The position numbers and the translations under genes were made by a program. A stretch of 64,000 bases of DNA, from contig OZ024746.1 of assembly GCA_964016885.1 (NCBI GenBank), positions 77,128,001 to 77,192,000 on the forward strand, read 5' to 3'. Shown here piece after piece: positions 26,278 through 41,464 of this stretch (the first letter of the stretch is position 1; every line of letters starts with the position of its first letter). The DNA comes from Eledone cirrhosa (taxonomy: Eukaryota). The notes beneath the pieces were generated by a model, which was given only the letters and a program-made list of their open reading frames with translations, was not told the origin of the DNA and searched no databases.

Positions 26278-27285
26278 CTAACCCCCCAAAAAACACAAGA
26301 GTTTTTATAGAATATATGATAATAGATTTATAATCAATAAAAAGAAACGGAGGAATTGAAAAGTTAGAAAACAGATAATTCTTTTTGTGCCCAGTTGGGT
26401 TAGTGCAAGGAATGTTAGGGGTTGAGATGTGAATAATTCATCAGTAAGACTCTCTTTGTGATGACCTGTCCAACCCTTGCAAGCTTTGTACTCATGACAT
26501 GGAGTCGCTTTGGGGCAATGCTTTATGGCTGAATGCTCTTCCTGGTGCCAACCCTTTTAGCCATCTCTTAGGATACACAGGAATATCATATACCTACTCT
26601 TAACTGGATACATACATGTAAGCAATCCTTTTATCAGATATATTTTTTTTAATTTATCGCTACTTTCTAACACAACCCAGTCCTTTTTAAAAATGATATG
26701 CTACTTTCTATGCAAATGATTTAGTGCCCTGCTTGAAAATTATGTGCTACATTTTATGCAAATGATCAGGTGACCCTGCCTGAAATATCAGAACTTACCC
26801 CTTTGCACAACAAACTTATAGTAATATACTGAAAATCAATCTGAAATTGTTCTGTTAAGAAGAAATAAAGGAGCCAATGATTGTATCAAACGAAAACGAC
26901 AATGTTTCCAGTGGTTTCTGCATTACTGATACTCTCTACTGGTTGTAAATAATGGCAGAAGGATTTGAACTCAAAATACAGAGCCTCATCAGATACTGTA
27001 AAGCACCCTGTTTGAATCTTAAATAATTCCACCAACACACCACCTCTAGATGGTTATTTTATTTATTGACCTTGAAAGGACGAAAGGAAAGTTGATCTTG
27101 GCAGAGAGCCAGAATAAATAGAGGCATTTAATCTGGTGCCCTAATGACCTAACCAATTCACAAACAACAAAATATTATGAGGAAACTCAAAGGACATCTT
27201 TCAGAATGTTCTAACATCTTTGCCAATTCATTGCTAAAAAGCAAAAATTAAAAAGTAGAGAGCAGACAATTATATTATACACTAC

Positions 27286-27431
27286 CTTTAGGTTTCATCT
27301 GTAATACCAGTTCTCCACAGTTAGCCACTCTCACCTGTTCTAAAGGACTACTTTGACTGTTTGTCTTTTCATTCTCTATCTGACTAACAACGTCCGTTCC
27401 ATTAATCACACGGCCAAATACAACATGAACC
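27286..27431 (-). CDS. NKTR: Exon 7 (VHVVFGRVINGTDVVSQIENEKTNSQSSPLEQVRVANCGELVLQMKPK), end of PPIase domain
   Basis: ttctag|...|gtagtg, 146 nt; HVVFG.V and CGEL motifs. Confidence 0.96.
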
Positions 27432-28773
27432 CTAGAACAATGAAAAGGAAGATAGAAACTTGAGATAAATCATACTTCTTAATTTAGGCCAATGTTTTTC
27501 AAGGTAGGTCATGACAATATTTTCGTGAGGTGTTGGACTTGAGAATGGGGCATATATACTAAGTTATATATTAACTTTAAACAATTGTGGGGTGGGCACA
27601 TTTAAAAAAAATCTAAGTGGAACATGAGACAAAAAAAGTTGAGGTACACTGGTTGAGGCCTAATGTCCATTTTCTTTCTTTAACCCTTCAGCATCCAACC
27701 TAGCCAAATCAAGTTACTCTAAATGTTGTGATATTAGCTTGAATTGTTAGCACAATTGTTAGGTGATGATAAAACCGCCATTGGTTTCAAGAATGAGCAT
27801 TCCAGACATGTAACCATAATGTAATTCCCAAGCTGAATCAGTTGGACACAATAAGTGACAAAACCTTGAGCAGCAAGTAGAATCCATGCAACAGGCTTTC
27901 ACAGTTTCAATGATAATGTGCATTCAGTTGTTTGATTAAGTGAATCTTTGAATAACTAAATTAATGTGTAAGCAGTTGAGTATTCCACACCTGTGTACCT
28001 TTATGTGAAGTGAATTGCTTAATCACTCAGCAATGCCTGTATCCACTTAACACCCTGTAATGATTATAGTGAAGAGTATAATTCTTAATACACTTCAATC
28101 ATAGTGAGGTTCTATTCTTTACAAGCATGTCTTATTAATGTAGTTTCATATGGTACAGGAGGTTAATAGTTAAGCTGTTACCTTTTATCATTCTTTATAT
28201 TTAATGATGCATTCAGTGCTGTTTTATACTTTTCAAGAATGTTTTAATATGGTTTCATGTGGTGCAGGACATTTAGAATTAATATATAAATATTTCTTAA
28301 TATCAACTAATTAACCATCAGTGGTAATAATATATATCTTAAATAGTCAAGGGGAAATACTAAGTATTAATTTTTTTGTTTTACTGTTTAGTCAGAAAAA
28401 AGCAACACCCATGACAATTATTTTTCAGTGGCTCATAGATTGGTAGAATGGAGGCCTAGTCCATAAACTTATAACAAAATGGACTCCACCAAAAGGTACC
28501 AAAAATCTTGATGATGCTAAACTGGGTGATGGAGTGATGGATTAAAGCTACTACAAGTTTCTGAGAAAAAAATGAGGAATTTGAGGAATTATGATGGAAA
28601 GGTTTTGAGCAAACAGCCAGTGTTGATGCAAATCAGGTTTTGTTTGTACCACTACAATCCAATATAGTGTCAAAGAATTAAATTAATACAGAAATAATGT
28701 TCAGTTACATTAATTATATATCAAAACAAAATGATACTAATTCATTAATTATATAGATCAGAAAACTACTTAC

Positions 28774-28803
28774 CCATCTAAATGTGGTGAATTTCTGGTT
28801 GTT
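28774..28803 (-). CDS. NKTR: Exon 6, 30-nt microexon (TTRNSPHLDG)
   Basis: ttacag|...|gtaagt. PHLDG places His at the CypA W121 position, as in PPIG/NKTR. Confidence 0.95.
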
Positions 28804-29123
28804 CTGTAAAATACAAAAAACAAAAAATAATGATGAAATTTATATTATAAAACAGTTGTTTCTCCCTCTATCTGATTGTTACAACATATATGAAGGAGGG
28901 AAAGTCATTGTAAAGAGAGAAGCACAGTGGAAAAGAGTGTGAAAACATTTCTGATGTGAGGATGAAATTGATGACGACAGAGTTAAAAAAAAAAAGTTTC
29001 AATAATAGGAAACGCTTTCTTATGGGGGGGAAAAAAAACGTATGTATGTGTGTGAGCTCAACATATGGACAAGGTAACACAGGCTTCAAAAAAAGACCAT
29101 AACGTTTGTCTGTCACACACATG

Positions 29124-29167
<44 letters not shown>

Positions 29168-29170
<3 letters not shown>

Positions 29171-29500
29171 TCATCATCATCATCATCAGGTTTAGCGTCC
29201 GTGTTCCACGCTTGCATGGGTTTGGACGGGGGTTTTCCCACTTGAGGCAAGAGTGGTTGTCTTGCTCGCATAGGACTGTCTGGCGGGTTTTCTACAGTTG
29301 GATGCCCTTCCTAACACCAACCACATTTACAGTGTGGGGCTGGGAGGTTTTTACCGTGTTGCCTACACGGCCACATTACAGCGTGGACTGTCTGGCGGGT
29401 TTTCTACAGCTGGATGCCCTTCCTAACACCAACCACATTTACAGTGTGGGGCTGGGAGGTTTTTACCGTGTTGCCTACACGGCCACATTTACAGCGTGGA
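29168..29500 (-). mobile_element. RTE-derived non-autonomous element with an internal tandem duplication
   Basis: Reverse complement of the 1880-2242 family; a ~112-bp segment containing the core is duplicated. Confidence 0.85.
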
Positions 29501-30529
29501 CTATATATATATAACACATTTAGTTATTTTTCTGGTTGTTTGCGAGTGTAATTTACCTGCACCATAGAGATGAGTTTTTACTAGTTAAGTATTAAACACA
29601 TACATATAATATTCTTTATTATGGCTAAGTAACAAGACTCATCACCTAGCCATGATAAAGAAAATTCTACTTTCGTATTAAGTACTCATTCATGCATTTG
29701 TCAACATCACACGTATTATCTGTGTGTATATATATATATACTTTGATCTTAGCCAAAAAGCGAAGAAACCATGCCAAATATGGAATGTGTGAGCAAGAGG
29801 AGGTCTCTTTAACCCACCTGGTCTCAAACAGCAACAACCCGTCTAGCACATGCTAGCATGAAAAGTGGACATAAAATACTGGTGATCATATTTTTATCAT
29901 CATTATCACTATTTAATGTCTCTTCTTCCATGCCGGCATATGTTGGATAGGTTTTCACAGACCAAATCGGTATTTAATCAGGGCTACTGTCCTCCCAGAT
30001 GCACCAGGGGACCATGTCCTGTATACATAAACATCAGTTATGGCATGGTTTCTACAGCTGGGTGCCCTTCATACCAGACATATATGATCCTTGCCAGCAT
30101 AAAAAAAACAGGATGTTAAATGATCATAACGACACACAAACAATACAAAAAGAAATACTCTCCCTGAGTGTTCCAGTTGTACAGTCAACAGAATGGTGTG
30201 CAAGTTATTCCAGACACGTGTACTCCTCATGTAATTCTCAGGGAAACTCAGCATGACAGTATGTTTGACAAGACTGCCCTTTCCAAATTACAGGCATCTG
30301 ATGGGCTTCTAAACAGTTTCAATCTACCCAAATGCATTCACAAGGCTTGGGTTGGACTAAAGTTCTGGTAAAAGACATTTGCCCTAGATGGCATGCAGTG
30401 GGACTGAACCTAGTGTCAAAGCCATATTTCCAAATCAGAAAGAAAAGTATTATTATTAATAGTAATAATAATAATATTAATTCATGTTACAGAAAATATA
30501 CTTCCCTTTGTATAAAAAGAACATCTTAA

Positions 30530-31090
30530 CCCTTTAGTAACCTTATTTCTAATGAAATACATTCACTCCATTTCAATTAATTAATGAAGACTTGAAGAAT
30601 TTACTAAAATTATTAATTATTTTATTACTAAGCTAGTAACTTAACATATGATTCTTATATAAATTAGATGATTGTAATTTAAATAGGAATCCATTGAATT
30701 GGGTGGTCTTGGCCAGGCTGGTATCAAAAGGGTTAATTCATTCACTACCATATTTCTAAAAGAAATTGTCTATGATTTTCAAATAATTCTAAAAATAATC
30801 AAGAATTTTGAGGGATTTAATAATATAACTAACTTTCTCATTATTAAGCTGCTGTTTAGTTGTCTTACCTAGAATTATAATGGAAGGTTTTTAGATGAAT
30901 ATAGATAAAAATAAAGTTTGGTAGTGTAGAACTCAAGATAGTTTCAGGTAATTTGTTATCAAAAGGGTTAACATGTGGTTCTTATATAAAATTACGTTGC
31001 AATATTATAATTTTAAAATTTTTTAAAATAGGTGCTTTTGTTTCATACAACCAGAACCAGTTTTGGCCAGGTTGGTATCAAAAGAGTTAA
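30530..31090. mobile_element. Tandem TTAA-flanked (piggyBac-like) ~200-bp MITEs
   Basis: TTAA|CCCTTTAGTAACC ... GGTATCAAAAGGG|TTAA (30530-30732), followed by further copies ending AAAAGGGTTAA or AAAAGAGTTAA. The family recurs near 2815, 13560, 20600, 24890, 34380, 35850, 39520, 44975 and 54250. Confidence 0.75.
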
Positions 31091-31109
31091 AACACAAGTG
31101 GAGACTTAC

Positions 31110-31197
31110 ATAAAGAACTGAGAACCATTTGTATCTTTTCCACGATTAGCCATAGAAAGAAGGTGCTTTTGGTCATGTTTCAGGATAAAATTCTCAT
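31110..31197 (-). CDS. NKTR: Exon 5 ([29 protein letters not shown])
   Basis: ttacag|...|gtaagt, 88 nt, phase 1-2; [16 protein letters not shown] motif. Confidence 0.97.
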
Positions 31198-31641
31198 CTG
31201 TAAATTAAAAAAAAAAATTCCATCAACTTGACTTAATATGTTTCACTTATTTTTTACACACCCACTCATACAGACATAGGCAGTAAAATGGCAGACTTCT
31301 TAGAACATTGGCTAGAATGCTTCGAGGTATTTGTTCTAATTCTCTGCATTCTGAATCCAACTTAATCTTTCATCCATTCAACGTTGATAAATAAAGTCCT
31401 AGACCAGTACTGGCGTTGATTCTTCCTCTATATCTTCTTACTTTCCCTCTCTCTATCTTTCTCTGAAAGAAATCAATTGTGTTCAGACCTGGAAAGGGAA
31501 GGGCACCGCCAGCATTAAATGCCCAACTCATGTCATATACCACTACTGTACCCATAGAATTGAATCAGAAGTTATGGCATGACATATCACACAAACACAC
31601 TGAGAAGTCTTTACTGCTCATAAAAAAATTAAAAGCTTTTA

Positions 31642-31737
<96 letters not shown>

Positions 31738-31809
31738 TTAATCAGGCACACCTACCAGGCCAATGTGAGCCATATTAAATCACCAAACTACATACCAGCA
31801 AATACGTAC

Positions 31810-31854
31810 CAGGAAACACTCCTCCATAAATAGACTCTCCACCAGTACCATCAC
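31810..31854 (-). CDS. NKTR: Exon 4 (DGTGGESIYGGVFPD)
   Basis: ttatag|...|gtacgt, 45 nt; GTGGESIYG motif. Confidence 0.97.
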
Positions 31855-31895
31855 CTATAAAAAAAAGACGACACTTAAGAAATTGCAAATCAACA

Positions 31896-31949
<54 letters not shown>

Positions 31950-32125
31950 TTTCAGTCGATCGACCTTCGTCAAATCGGACCGAGGAAACAATGTTTCCAT
32001 GGGTCTTTCCAATTGCTAATACTATCTATCGGTCGCAACTCCAGATAGAAGGAGCAACATGAAATAAAGTGTCTTGCTCAAGGACATAACGCATCGCCCG
32101 GTCCGGGAATCGAACTCACAACCTC

Positions 32126-32171
<46 letters not shown>

Positions 32172-32174
<3 letters not shown>

Positions 32175-32776
32175 CAGCACAGACTCCACTACAGCAATGA
32201 AGAGGGTGATTTTCAGGCCTTTACAAAGGTCCTACTTCCACACCGATCTCAAGCTGTGGCACGCCGTCCAGACTTTGCTCTTCCTCTCAACCACATCATC
32301 TTCCTTATACTCATTAGTGATCCCCTCTGGCTTCTCAACATTCTCTATCAGATATTTTGTTTTAGTCTCATTCATTCTCAGTCTGAGACTTGGACACTGA
32401 CCAAGAAACTCACTCAGGTGGTGGATGGGTGCTACACACGAATGCTGAGGATGGCTCTGAACATTAATCAGTATACACTGATGATGAAAAACTCAGAGCT
32501 GTATGGGAACCTCCCAAAAGTCAGCTTAAAATTGACAGAGGAGACTGAGGTTAACTGGACATGTTCACCGACATCCAGAGTTGACATTGCACTCCGTGCT
32601 CCTGTGGGAGCCCCTACATGGACACGCTGGAAGAGGAAGACCACGGTTAACGTATGTTGATGCCCTAAGGACAGACACTGGTCTGTCGGAGACGCAGGAC
32701 TTGGCAGCGATAATGAGGGACAGAGACCGCTAGAGAGAACTCGTCCATGGATCTCGGGAATTTTACCCGCCCTACA
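32172..32776 (+). mobile_element. 5'-truncated RTE-like LINE fragment with an inverted 5' segment
   Basis: From 32382 the plus strand encodes SETWTLTKKL..DGCYTRMLR..GRPRLTYVD. Positions 32172-32381 encode, on the minus strand, the upstream segment LRMNETKTKY...VWTACHSLRSVWK*...AVVESVLLY. Confidence 0.85.
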
Positions 32777-32780
32777 ATAT

Positions 32781-33865
<1,085 letters not shown>

Positions 33866-34829
33866 TTAACTTTTTCATAATGCAACTATAGTAAAGTGCA
33901 AAATATATATTAAAGACAGATAGTTCACATATTGCCAAATTTAAATATATTCAAATTTGATTTAATAATGAATTTTTTTCCCGATCTGCCACCTTCATTT
34001 CTATAATTTACAAATCAAATTATTTTTAACAAAAAAGTCCCTTTCAACCATATAAGACATAGTCCTTCTATTCATCTCAAAGTGCATTAACTCCAAATAA
34101 AAACTGACTCAAACCATAACAACTTGAGAAAGTGCATGTAAAAGCAATTGTTTATTTTTAATGTTATACTATTTATTTGTTTATTTTACTATTATTGCTT
34201 ACTGTACATACTTATTAGCTAGTAAAGTGGTATTACTAAACATAACTAATGAGTCCTCTCTACTCTACAATGTTTCCATTTGTTTACCAACCACTTTACA
34301 GAGTGTACTAGGTGCTTAATATAATAAATACTTTAATTCAAAAGTTGTCAATATAACTGCATATCTAGTTTCACAAACATTCTAATGCCAATTTTACCAA
34401 AAACAGCCTTGGTTCTATGAAACAAAACCACCCATTTTAAAGGTTTCATATTTAAATTAAAATCTTCCAACATAATCTTATATAAGAACGATTTGTTAAG
34501 TTACTATCTTAGTAATGAAATTATTAATTTTAGTAAATCCCTCAAAATTCTTCATAAATGAAAAGGTTTGATACCAATTTGGCCTAATCCTGGTTTGGTT
34601 TTATGAAACAAAACCACCCATTTTAAAAGCTTTCTATCTAAATTAAAATCTTCCAACATAATTTTATATAAGAATAATATTTTAATTGTAATGAAATAAT
34701 TTTGGTAAATCCCTCAAATTCTTCATCAATCAATTGATATGAGTGTATTTCATTAGAAATACAGACAGGAAAGAGTTAATATATGTTGAAAACATTATAT
34801 ATAAGTTTCCATAGTGAACATGTTCCTAC

Positions 34830-34937
34830 CTTTTGTGAAGTCACCTCCTTGTATCATAAAATCTTTAACAACTCTGTGGAAGAGGATTCCTTTATAATGA
34901 AGAGGTTTTCCAGTCTTCAGCCCGATACCTTTTTCCC
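34830..34937 (-). CDS. NKTR: Exon 3 ([36 protein letters not shown])
   Basis: ttgtag|...|gtagga, 108 nt; catalytic [12 protein letters not shown] motif and the divergent-loop insertion. Confidence 0.97.
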
Positions 34938-35173
34938 CTACAAAATGAAAAAGCTTAATTACTAAAAACACAAACATATATTTTATATATTATAGTAAAA
35001 GAATTGGTATAATTACTAAAAAGACTATGTATATTCATTACATTATAGTAAAATAACTAGTATATTTAACATTCAGAGTTGCTCAGTTCTTTGAAGACAT
35101 CTTTTTATAGCTCTAACTTTTTTTTAACTTGTTCTGTTTATCATTTCTTTCCAGATGAATGATGACAGATATC

Positions 35174-35580
35174 ATGCTAACTCAGCAAATGAAAAGCTTC
35201 ACAGTAATCATTGCCTTAAAGGCAGAGCATAGTTATTTATAGATTGCTTGCTTCCTGAAAGTTGCATGGTCGTTTGTTGTCAAAATTCACAAAGAGCTGG
35301 AAGCTGCTCACAGGGATTCTACAGCAATAGCCAAATGTAAAACGCCAACTAAAGGTCCTAATACCTAAATTTGTATGAAAAGTGCAGAAAATTATCAATA
35401 AGAACCCTAGAAAGTCAATTAGTGCCATTGCTAAGAAACTCAAGGTTTCAAGGCCCACTTTCAGAAGAACTGTGCATGAGGACCTTTGATACAAGTTATA
35501 TGTGATGTGGAAATGCCAATTCATGTCTGCAAAGACAAAAGACAACCATCTGATCTGCACATAGTGCTTGTTGAAAACTA
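35174..35580 (+). pseudogene. Decayed N-terminal (HTH) part of a Tc1/mariner transposase, probably DD37D type
   Basis: MLTQQMK...IACFLKV...KVQKIINKNPRKSISAIAKKLKVSRPTFRRTVHEDL*YKLYVM, with several stops. Confidence 0.75.
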
Positions 35581-35608
35581 ACATTCATATGATACAAAAA
35601 ACAATTAC

Positions 35609-35683
35609 CTGTACAAAGGGCTCTGAAATTTTCACATGTCTTGGGACAGATGTCAGAAAAAAGCTCCACCACGATGCGGCCCA
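35609..35683 (-). CDS. NKTR: Exon 2 ([26 protein letters not shown]), cyclophilin domain
   Basis: ttgtag|...|gtaatt, 75 nt, phase 1-1; [13 protein letters not shown] motif. Confidence 0.97.
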
Positions 35684-36395
35684 CTACAAAAGTAAAAATT
35701 TTCTCTGAATACACTAATTAGATAAATGTGCTTATTTGAAAGAAATCCAATCTTTCCTAAATTTCCCCTCTACTTTTCATTGAATAAAACACAAAACAAC
35801 ATTAAATTAATTTAACCAATAAAGTTAAATTAAGCCTCAATTTGTTTACCCCCTTTTGATATCAACTCACCTGAAACTGACTCCAGGTTCATAAAATACA
35901 AAACTTTTTATTTTAAGGTGTTTATATTTATCTGTTTATATTTATCTAAAAACTTCCATCATAATTTTAAGAACCTTTTGTTATATTCCAAACACCAGCT
36001 TAATGAGAATTAGTTATATTAATAAATTCCTGATTTTTTTTTTCACTATTTTCCCAAACTGCTTATCATTATCATCACCAGTTTTATGTATATTTCCATG
36101 CTTGCATTGATTAGATAGGCTGTCACCATCTGAGATTAGGCAGGTCAGATAACCATCATGCTCATGTTCAATTCTAACATGGTTTTTACAGTGGATGCCC
36201 TTCCTAATGCCAACCACTTCATGGCATGTACCAGGTTCTTTTTCTTGTGGCACTACCACTACCACTTTATAGTGTGGGCTGAGCACACCAAACATACATA
36301 TACACACATACACATATATACATACAAACATATGTATCTATACACAGATACACATATATATATACACATTACACATACATACATATATATATATA

Positions 36396-37280
36396 CAGGG
36401 TGCGGACGATATTTGTTCGCAAGATTACTGTCTAGGAAAAAATAAGTTTTATTTTTTAAGATATATTTATCAAACTTGGGTCAGTTTGTCTTCATGACTT
36501 GGTCTTTCGATCTCACTTGATAAACCCACCATTGGCTTTGATAACGGCTTCAAGGCGGCCTTGGAACCAGCTACAGGCCTTCGTCACTGTCCCCCGACTT
36601 AGGCCCCTAAAGGCACTTGTGATCCTGGCCTTCAGATTGTCTTTCGTATTGCAGCTAGATCTGTTGGTGTCTCGTTCCACTGCACCCCACACAAAGAAGT
36701 CGAGGAGGTTGCAGTCAGGCGAGCTGGGAGGCCAGATGTAAGGTGAAGTGTGGTCGACGAAGTTCTCTGACAGCCAGGCTTGGGTCTTTCGGCTGGTATG
36801 GCAGGGCGCTGAGTCTTGCTGCCACATGTACGGCCTACCTGCAGCTACCTGGTCAATCCAGGGCTTTACTACCTCGTTCAGAATGCAGATATAGCCATCA
36901 GTGTTCAGCTTGAGGACCTCAGGGAAGAAGTGAGGTGGCATGACGTCATCTTGACTGCTGACGACACCTAAGACCAATGTTGTCGCTGGAAACTTTGTCT
37001 GCATGACTCTGGGCACGTCTTTGGATGAGACACCATTCTCCTGCTGACGCTGAGAAAGTCTGAAATTTTCTTATTTGTCCTCCCACCGCAGATTCCAAGA
37101 GGAACTCCATGTCTCTTCCACAAATTTGGAGGTTCAAAATTATTCATAATCAATTATTCTGAAAACAAATAATGGAAATATAGTCACTGATTTTATGAAG
37201 ACAAGAGTGACAACAGAAGTAAATAAAATTTGCATAAAATTAGCAGTTGAAAATTGCGAACAAATATCGTCCTCACCCTG
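36396..37280 (-). mobile_element. Internally deleted DD37D (maT-type) transposon, 885 bp
   Basis: TA-flanked 27-bp TIRs CAGGGTG(C/A)GGACGATATTTGTTCGCAA with one mismatch. ORF 36513-37016 has QQDSAPCH...WPPSSPDCNLLD with 37 residues between the second and third catalytic Asp. The first Asp and most of the HTH are deleted. Confidence 0.95.
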
Positions 37281-40200
37281 TATATGAAGGCGCATGGCTT
37301 AGTGGTTAGAGCATTGGGTTTGCAATTGAAAGGTTGTGAGTTCAATTCTCAGACTGGGTGATGTGTTGTTTCCTTGAGCAAGACATTTTATTTCACATTG
37401 TTCCAGTTTACTCAGCTGTAGAAATAAGATGATAGGACTGGAGTCCCTATCATTCCACTGCAAAGTGGTCGTGGAGGTGCCGCAGCAAAAAAGCACCCAG
37501 CCCACACTGTAAAAGTGGACATGTAGGCACCACGGAAAAAAAGGACCCAGTACTCACTGTAAATGAGGTTGGTGTTAGGAAGGGCATCCAGCAGTAGAAA
37601 TCAAGCCAGAATCAGTTCCCGTATGAGCAACACAAGGTCAGCCGACCGGACACTGCCCACAACAGGACAACCCGTCTAACTCATGCTAGCATGGAAGAAT
37701 GGACGTAAAACGGTGATGATGATGATAATATATATATATGTGTATGTATATATATATATATATATACATATCTATACAAACATTCATACATACATACATA
37801 CACACAAACATACATACTTATATACACACAAACACACAATCATTATCACCATTTAACCTCTATTTTCCATGCTTGCATAGCTTAGACAGTTGAGGTTGAG
37901 GTACAAAGATTACATTGCTGAAAAAGGAGGGGTGAGGGGTCATGGTGATGACCTTTAAGTGGCTGGTGTCTGACATTGTGGAAGTGTGCTTAGTTTCTCT
38001 AAATGGCCTAGGGGGTGTTTATATACTGCTTGGAATAAGTGGGTGTGTGATGTCTGTCCATCATTATGATGTGTCCCTAGGTTGATGAAATTTTGGGGGT
38101 TTAAGGATTCAGCAGGGGTGATGAACCAATCAAGGTTCATACAAACTTTCCATGCTTGTATGGGTTGGGCCAGGCAAGGACCTGAGAGTTGTTTCATCTC
38201 TTTGCTTTTTCAGGGGCATGCTAGCAGGGAGTTCAGGAGTATACTGGCAAGCTGGGGTGGGACCCAAGTGTTGTATCCCCACTCTGTTTCTTTGGGTTTA
38301 GAGTGGAGGGAGGTATGTGGTTTGCTATCCTTTGTGTGCTACTTCATTCCACTTTCATGAGAATGTGAGTTCTCTGTATTATGGAATATCGCCAATTTTC
38401 TCAATCCTGGATCATCTCCTTTGTAAAATTCAGTATGAGATCAGCCTTCACCACATCATTTAACGTCTACTTTCTCTGTTAGAAAGGGTTGGACAGGTCC
38501 ACACAAACCAAGTCAGTACTGAAACAGGACCACCAACTTCAGTATTTGCTTCATGCCCAAGTTCTCCTACCCATCATTATACATCCATGATCCTTAGTAG
38601 CAATTTCTCACCATCATTGTATATGCCCATTCTATAAATGCTTCACACCTTTGTAGGTATTCTCACATTACTATATTCCCCTTCTAAAATCCTGACACAT
38701 CAGTCATAATGCCCTAGTCCAATGCTCATCACATGCTATCCCGCTCATTACCCTGTCAAATCCCACCACACTCTTCATACACCATCACTGCCATAGGGTA
38801 GAGAGGCCTCTAAACTAAAGGCAATTATTGACGACTTCTCTAGTGCTCATGCCATGAAAAATTCACCCAATACCCCATCCGATGATTGGTGATAGAAAGG
38901 CCATCCCACTGAAGAAACCATGCCAAGAGGCTCCAGAGTACACTTCAGCTGTGTTAACAGTACATCAAACTCTCTAGTGTTCATGATCTACACAATAAAT
39001 GCATCCAGTACACACAAGTGGTTGCTGATAGAAAGGCTATCTAGTTAAAGAAAGCTTGCTAAACAAAGGATCAAAAAGACTCTTCAGCTATGTCAAAGAA
39101 TTGACAACTTCTCTAGTGTAGGTGCTACGATAAAATGCAGTCGGTAGAGCATAGAAACATATGTATGCAAGATGTAGGCCCACTGCCAATCTGAGAGGTC
39201 AGTAGCTCATCATTTTACATTTGCTTTCCAACACATGGGAAGGACAAGTTGTCACAGTTCAAGACTAAACAATTCAGAGAGACCTCAGCTTATTATACAT
39301 ACCATATTTCACATGGTTTCTATGGCTAGATACCCTCCCTAACACCAAGTGCCTCACAGGGTGTACTAGGTGCATTTTATCATGGCACCAGCAGTAGAGA
39401 GGTTGTCATATGCTCAAACAGACTGAATTGGTCTTTTTATTTTATATTGTCTGAACATCAACCACATTACAGAAGGTACTTGGTGCATTTTATCATGGTA
39501 CCAATGTCTTAGCATCGAGACTTAGTAAAATTATTAATTATTTAATTACTAAGATAGTAACATAACATATGGTTCTAATATAAAATTATGTTGGAAGATT
39601 TTAATTTAAATAGGAACCCTTTAAAATGGGTGCTTTTTTTTTATAAAACCAGATCTGGTTTTGGCTGAGTTGGTATCAAAATAGCCAAGTGACTTATCCT
39701 CTTAGTGAACAAAAATTAGTATGGATGATTAAAGTTCACTCTAAAACATTCTGTGTCAATTATATTAGCAATAGTCTAAAGATCTGAAAATATAGCTTGC
39801 AAAACACAGAAAAATATTTTCTTGCTCATATATATCAAAATATCTGGGGCCAACAGGGGCGCAAGTCGGGTGCACTATATCCTCTTGTTCCCTTGTTCTA
39901 CTTTCATTCTCTGAATAGTTTTACAATACTTCAGGTAGTTTATATATTATGGTATAATGTGTCAGCAAGATAAAAACATTACTACATATACAAGATGCAA
40001 ACAAATGATGATGATAATATATATGCCTGAGTGTGTGTGTATATATATTTTGAAGATACAAAGGCAAATATTAATGATTCAACAGAAACAAGTGTAAACA
40101 CACTCAAAGAAATAGTAGACAGCTATGCTACTGTTGACATTGCTAAATATTAAAACACAACACATACTTCACAGTTGAATAGCTAAACCAACTATAATAT

Positions 40201-41208
40201 ATGTGTGAAGGCATATGACTTAGTGGTTGGGATGTTCAGCTCATGATTGTCATGTTGTGAATTTGATTCCCTGCAGCACATTCCTTTAGTCCACTTAACT
40301 CAGAAGTCTCAAATTCAAAGAATCAAAAGGGTCATAGCAGGCCAAAAGTGAGAAGAGTTTGAGGAGTGGGCTGATTTCCACCCCATGCAATATGAGTTGA
40401 CAAATCTATTTCTTTCATTATGAAACAAATTTCCTCATGTTCTGTTGTGCATGTTAGTTATCTGTCATCTGAAGCACACCATCCACACCAATGTGAGTTG
40501 TCAAATCTACCCCTTTTTACATTATGAAACAAAAAAATTTCCTTTATGTTCTATTGTATAAATTTTCTATAATCTAAGACATCCCTCCACCACAATCAGT
40601 TTTTGAAAGAAGTCGAGGTAGATTTCACTAACGCTCTTGTTAAGAATGTTTTTTTTTTAAGTATATAAAATTGGATACATATTTCTACTGATCGGCTTTT
40701 GATCTTGAAGTGAAAGCGACTGATATATTAAAGTACATTCTACTCTTCCTTGGAGAGAAACATGGACAGACCCAGGATGATATTCAAAGGATACGATACA
40801 CGTGTCTGTGGAATGCTCAGCCACTTTCACTTTAATTTCACAAGCAGACTGTTCCACTGTTTAAACAACTGGAACATTCATCATCAGAGGTCATGGGTTA
40901 GACAGGTATGGTTTCTGCAGGTGGATACCCTCCCTAATGCCAACTACTTTACAGAGTGACTGGGTGCACTTTATTGTAAAGCCAGCAATACCTCTTTACA
41001 GAATGTACTGAGTGCATTTTATTGTGGCACCAGTATGAGCACTTTACTAAGTGTACAAGGTACATTTTATCGTGCAATAGCACTATCACACACACACATA
41101 TTATACATTTTAGATTGACTGTAAATAAATTTGACTACTACCAGTATTGAGTTCACCTTACAAGTTGGTATTTATTGTTATTTATAATCCTATAAGTCAA
41201 CAAACCTA

Positions 41209-41267
<59 letters not shown>

Positions 41268-41399
41268 TAGAAGTTGTATTTAATTTGTTGGAAGTCCGAC
41301 AAACAAATGTTTATAACTGATTTAGAGCACTCAACAAGTTACTGGAGTAAATATTCAATGATATTAAATAAATGGAAACTATATTTATAAAACCATATT

Positions 41400-41464
41400 T
41401 ATTTTATTATATATATTTCAAGGGCAACCAAGACAACATTGATACGCTTTCATCAGATAAAATA
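41400..41464 (-). ncRNA. Mirror hammerhead motif, sense to the NKTR-like pre-mRNA
   Basis: Reverse-complement copy of 41594-41658 with one stem II change (U-A to U-G). Confidence 0.75.

Noticed and set aside
37288-37360. tRNA gene
   Set aside because: The A/B boxes run directly into a SINE core and there is no acceptor stem. The same holds for the other tRNA-like heads.
37940-38400. GC-richer intronic segment with short ORFs
   Set aside because: Probably a decayed LINE 3' end, but too degenerate to assign.
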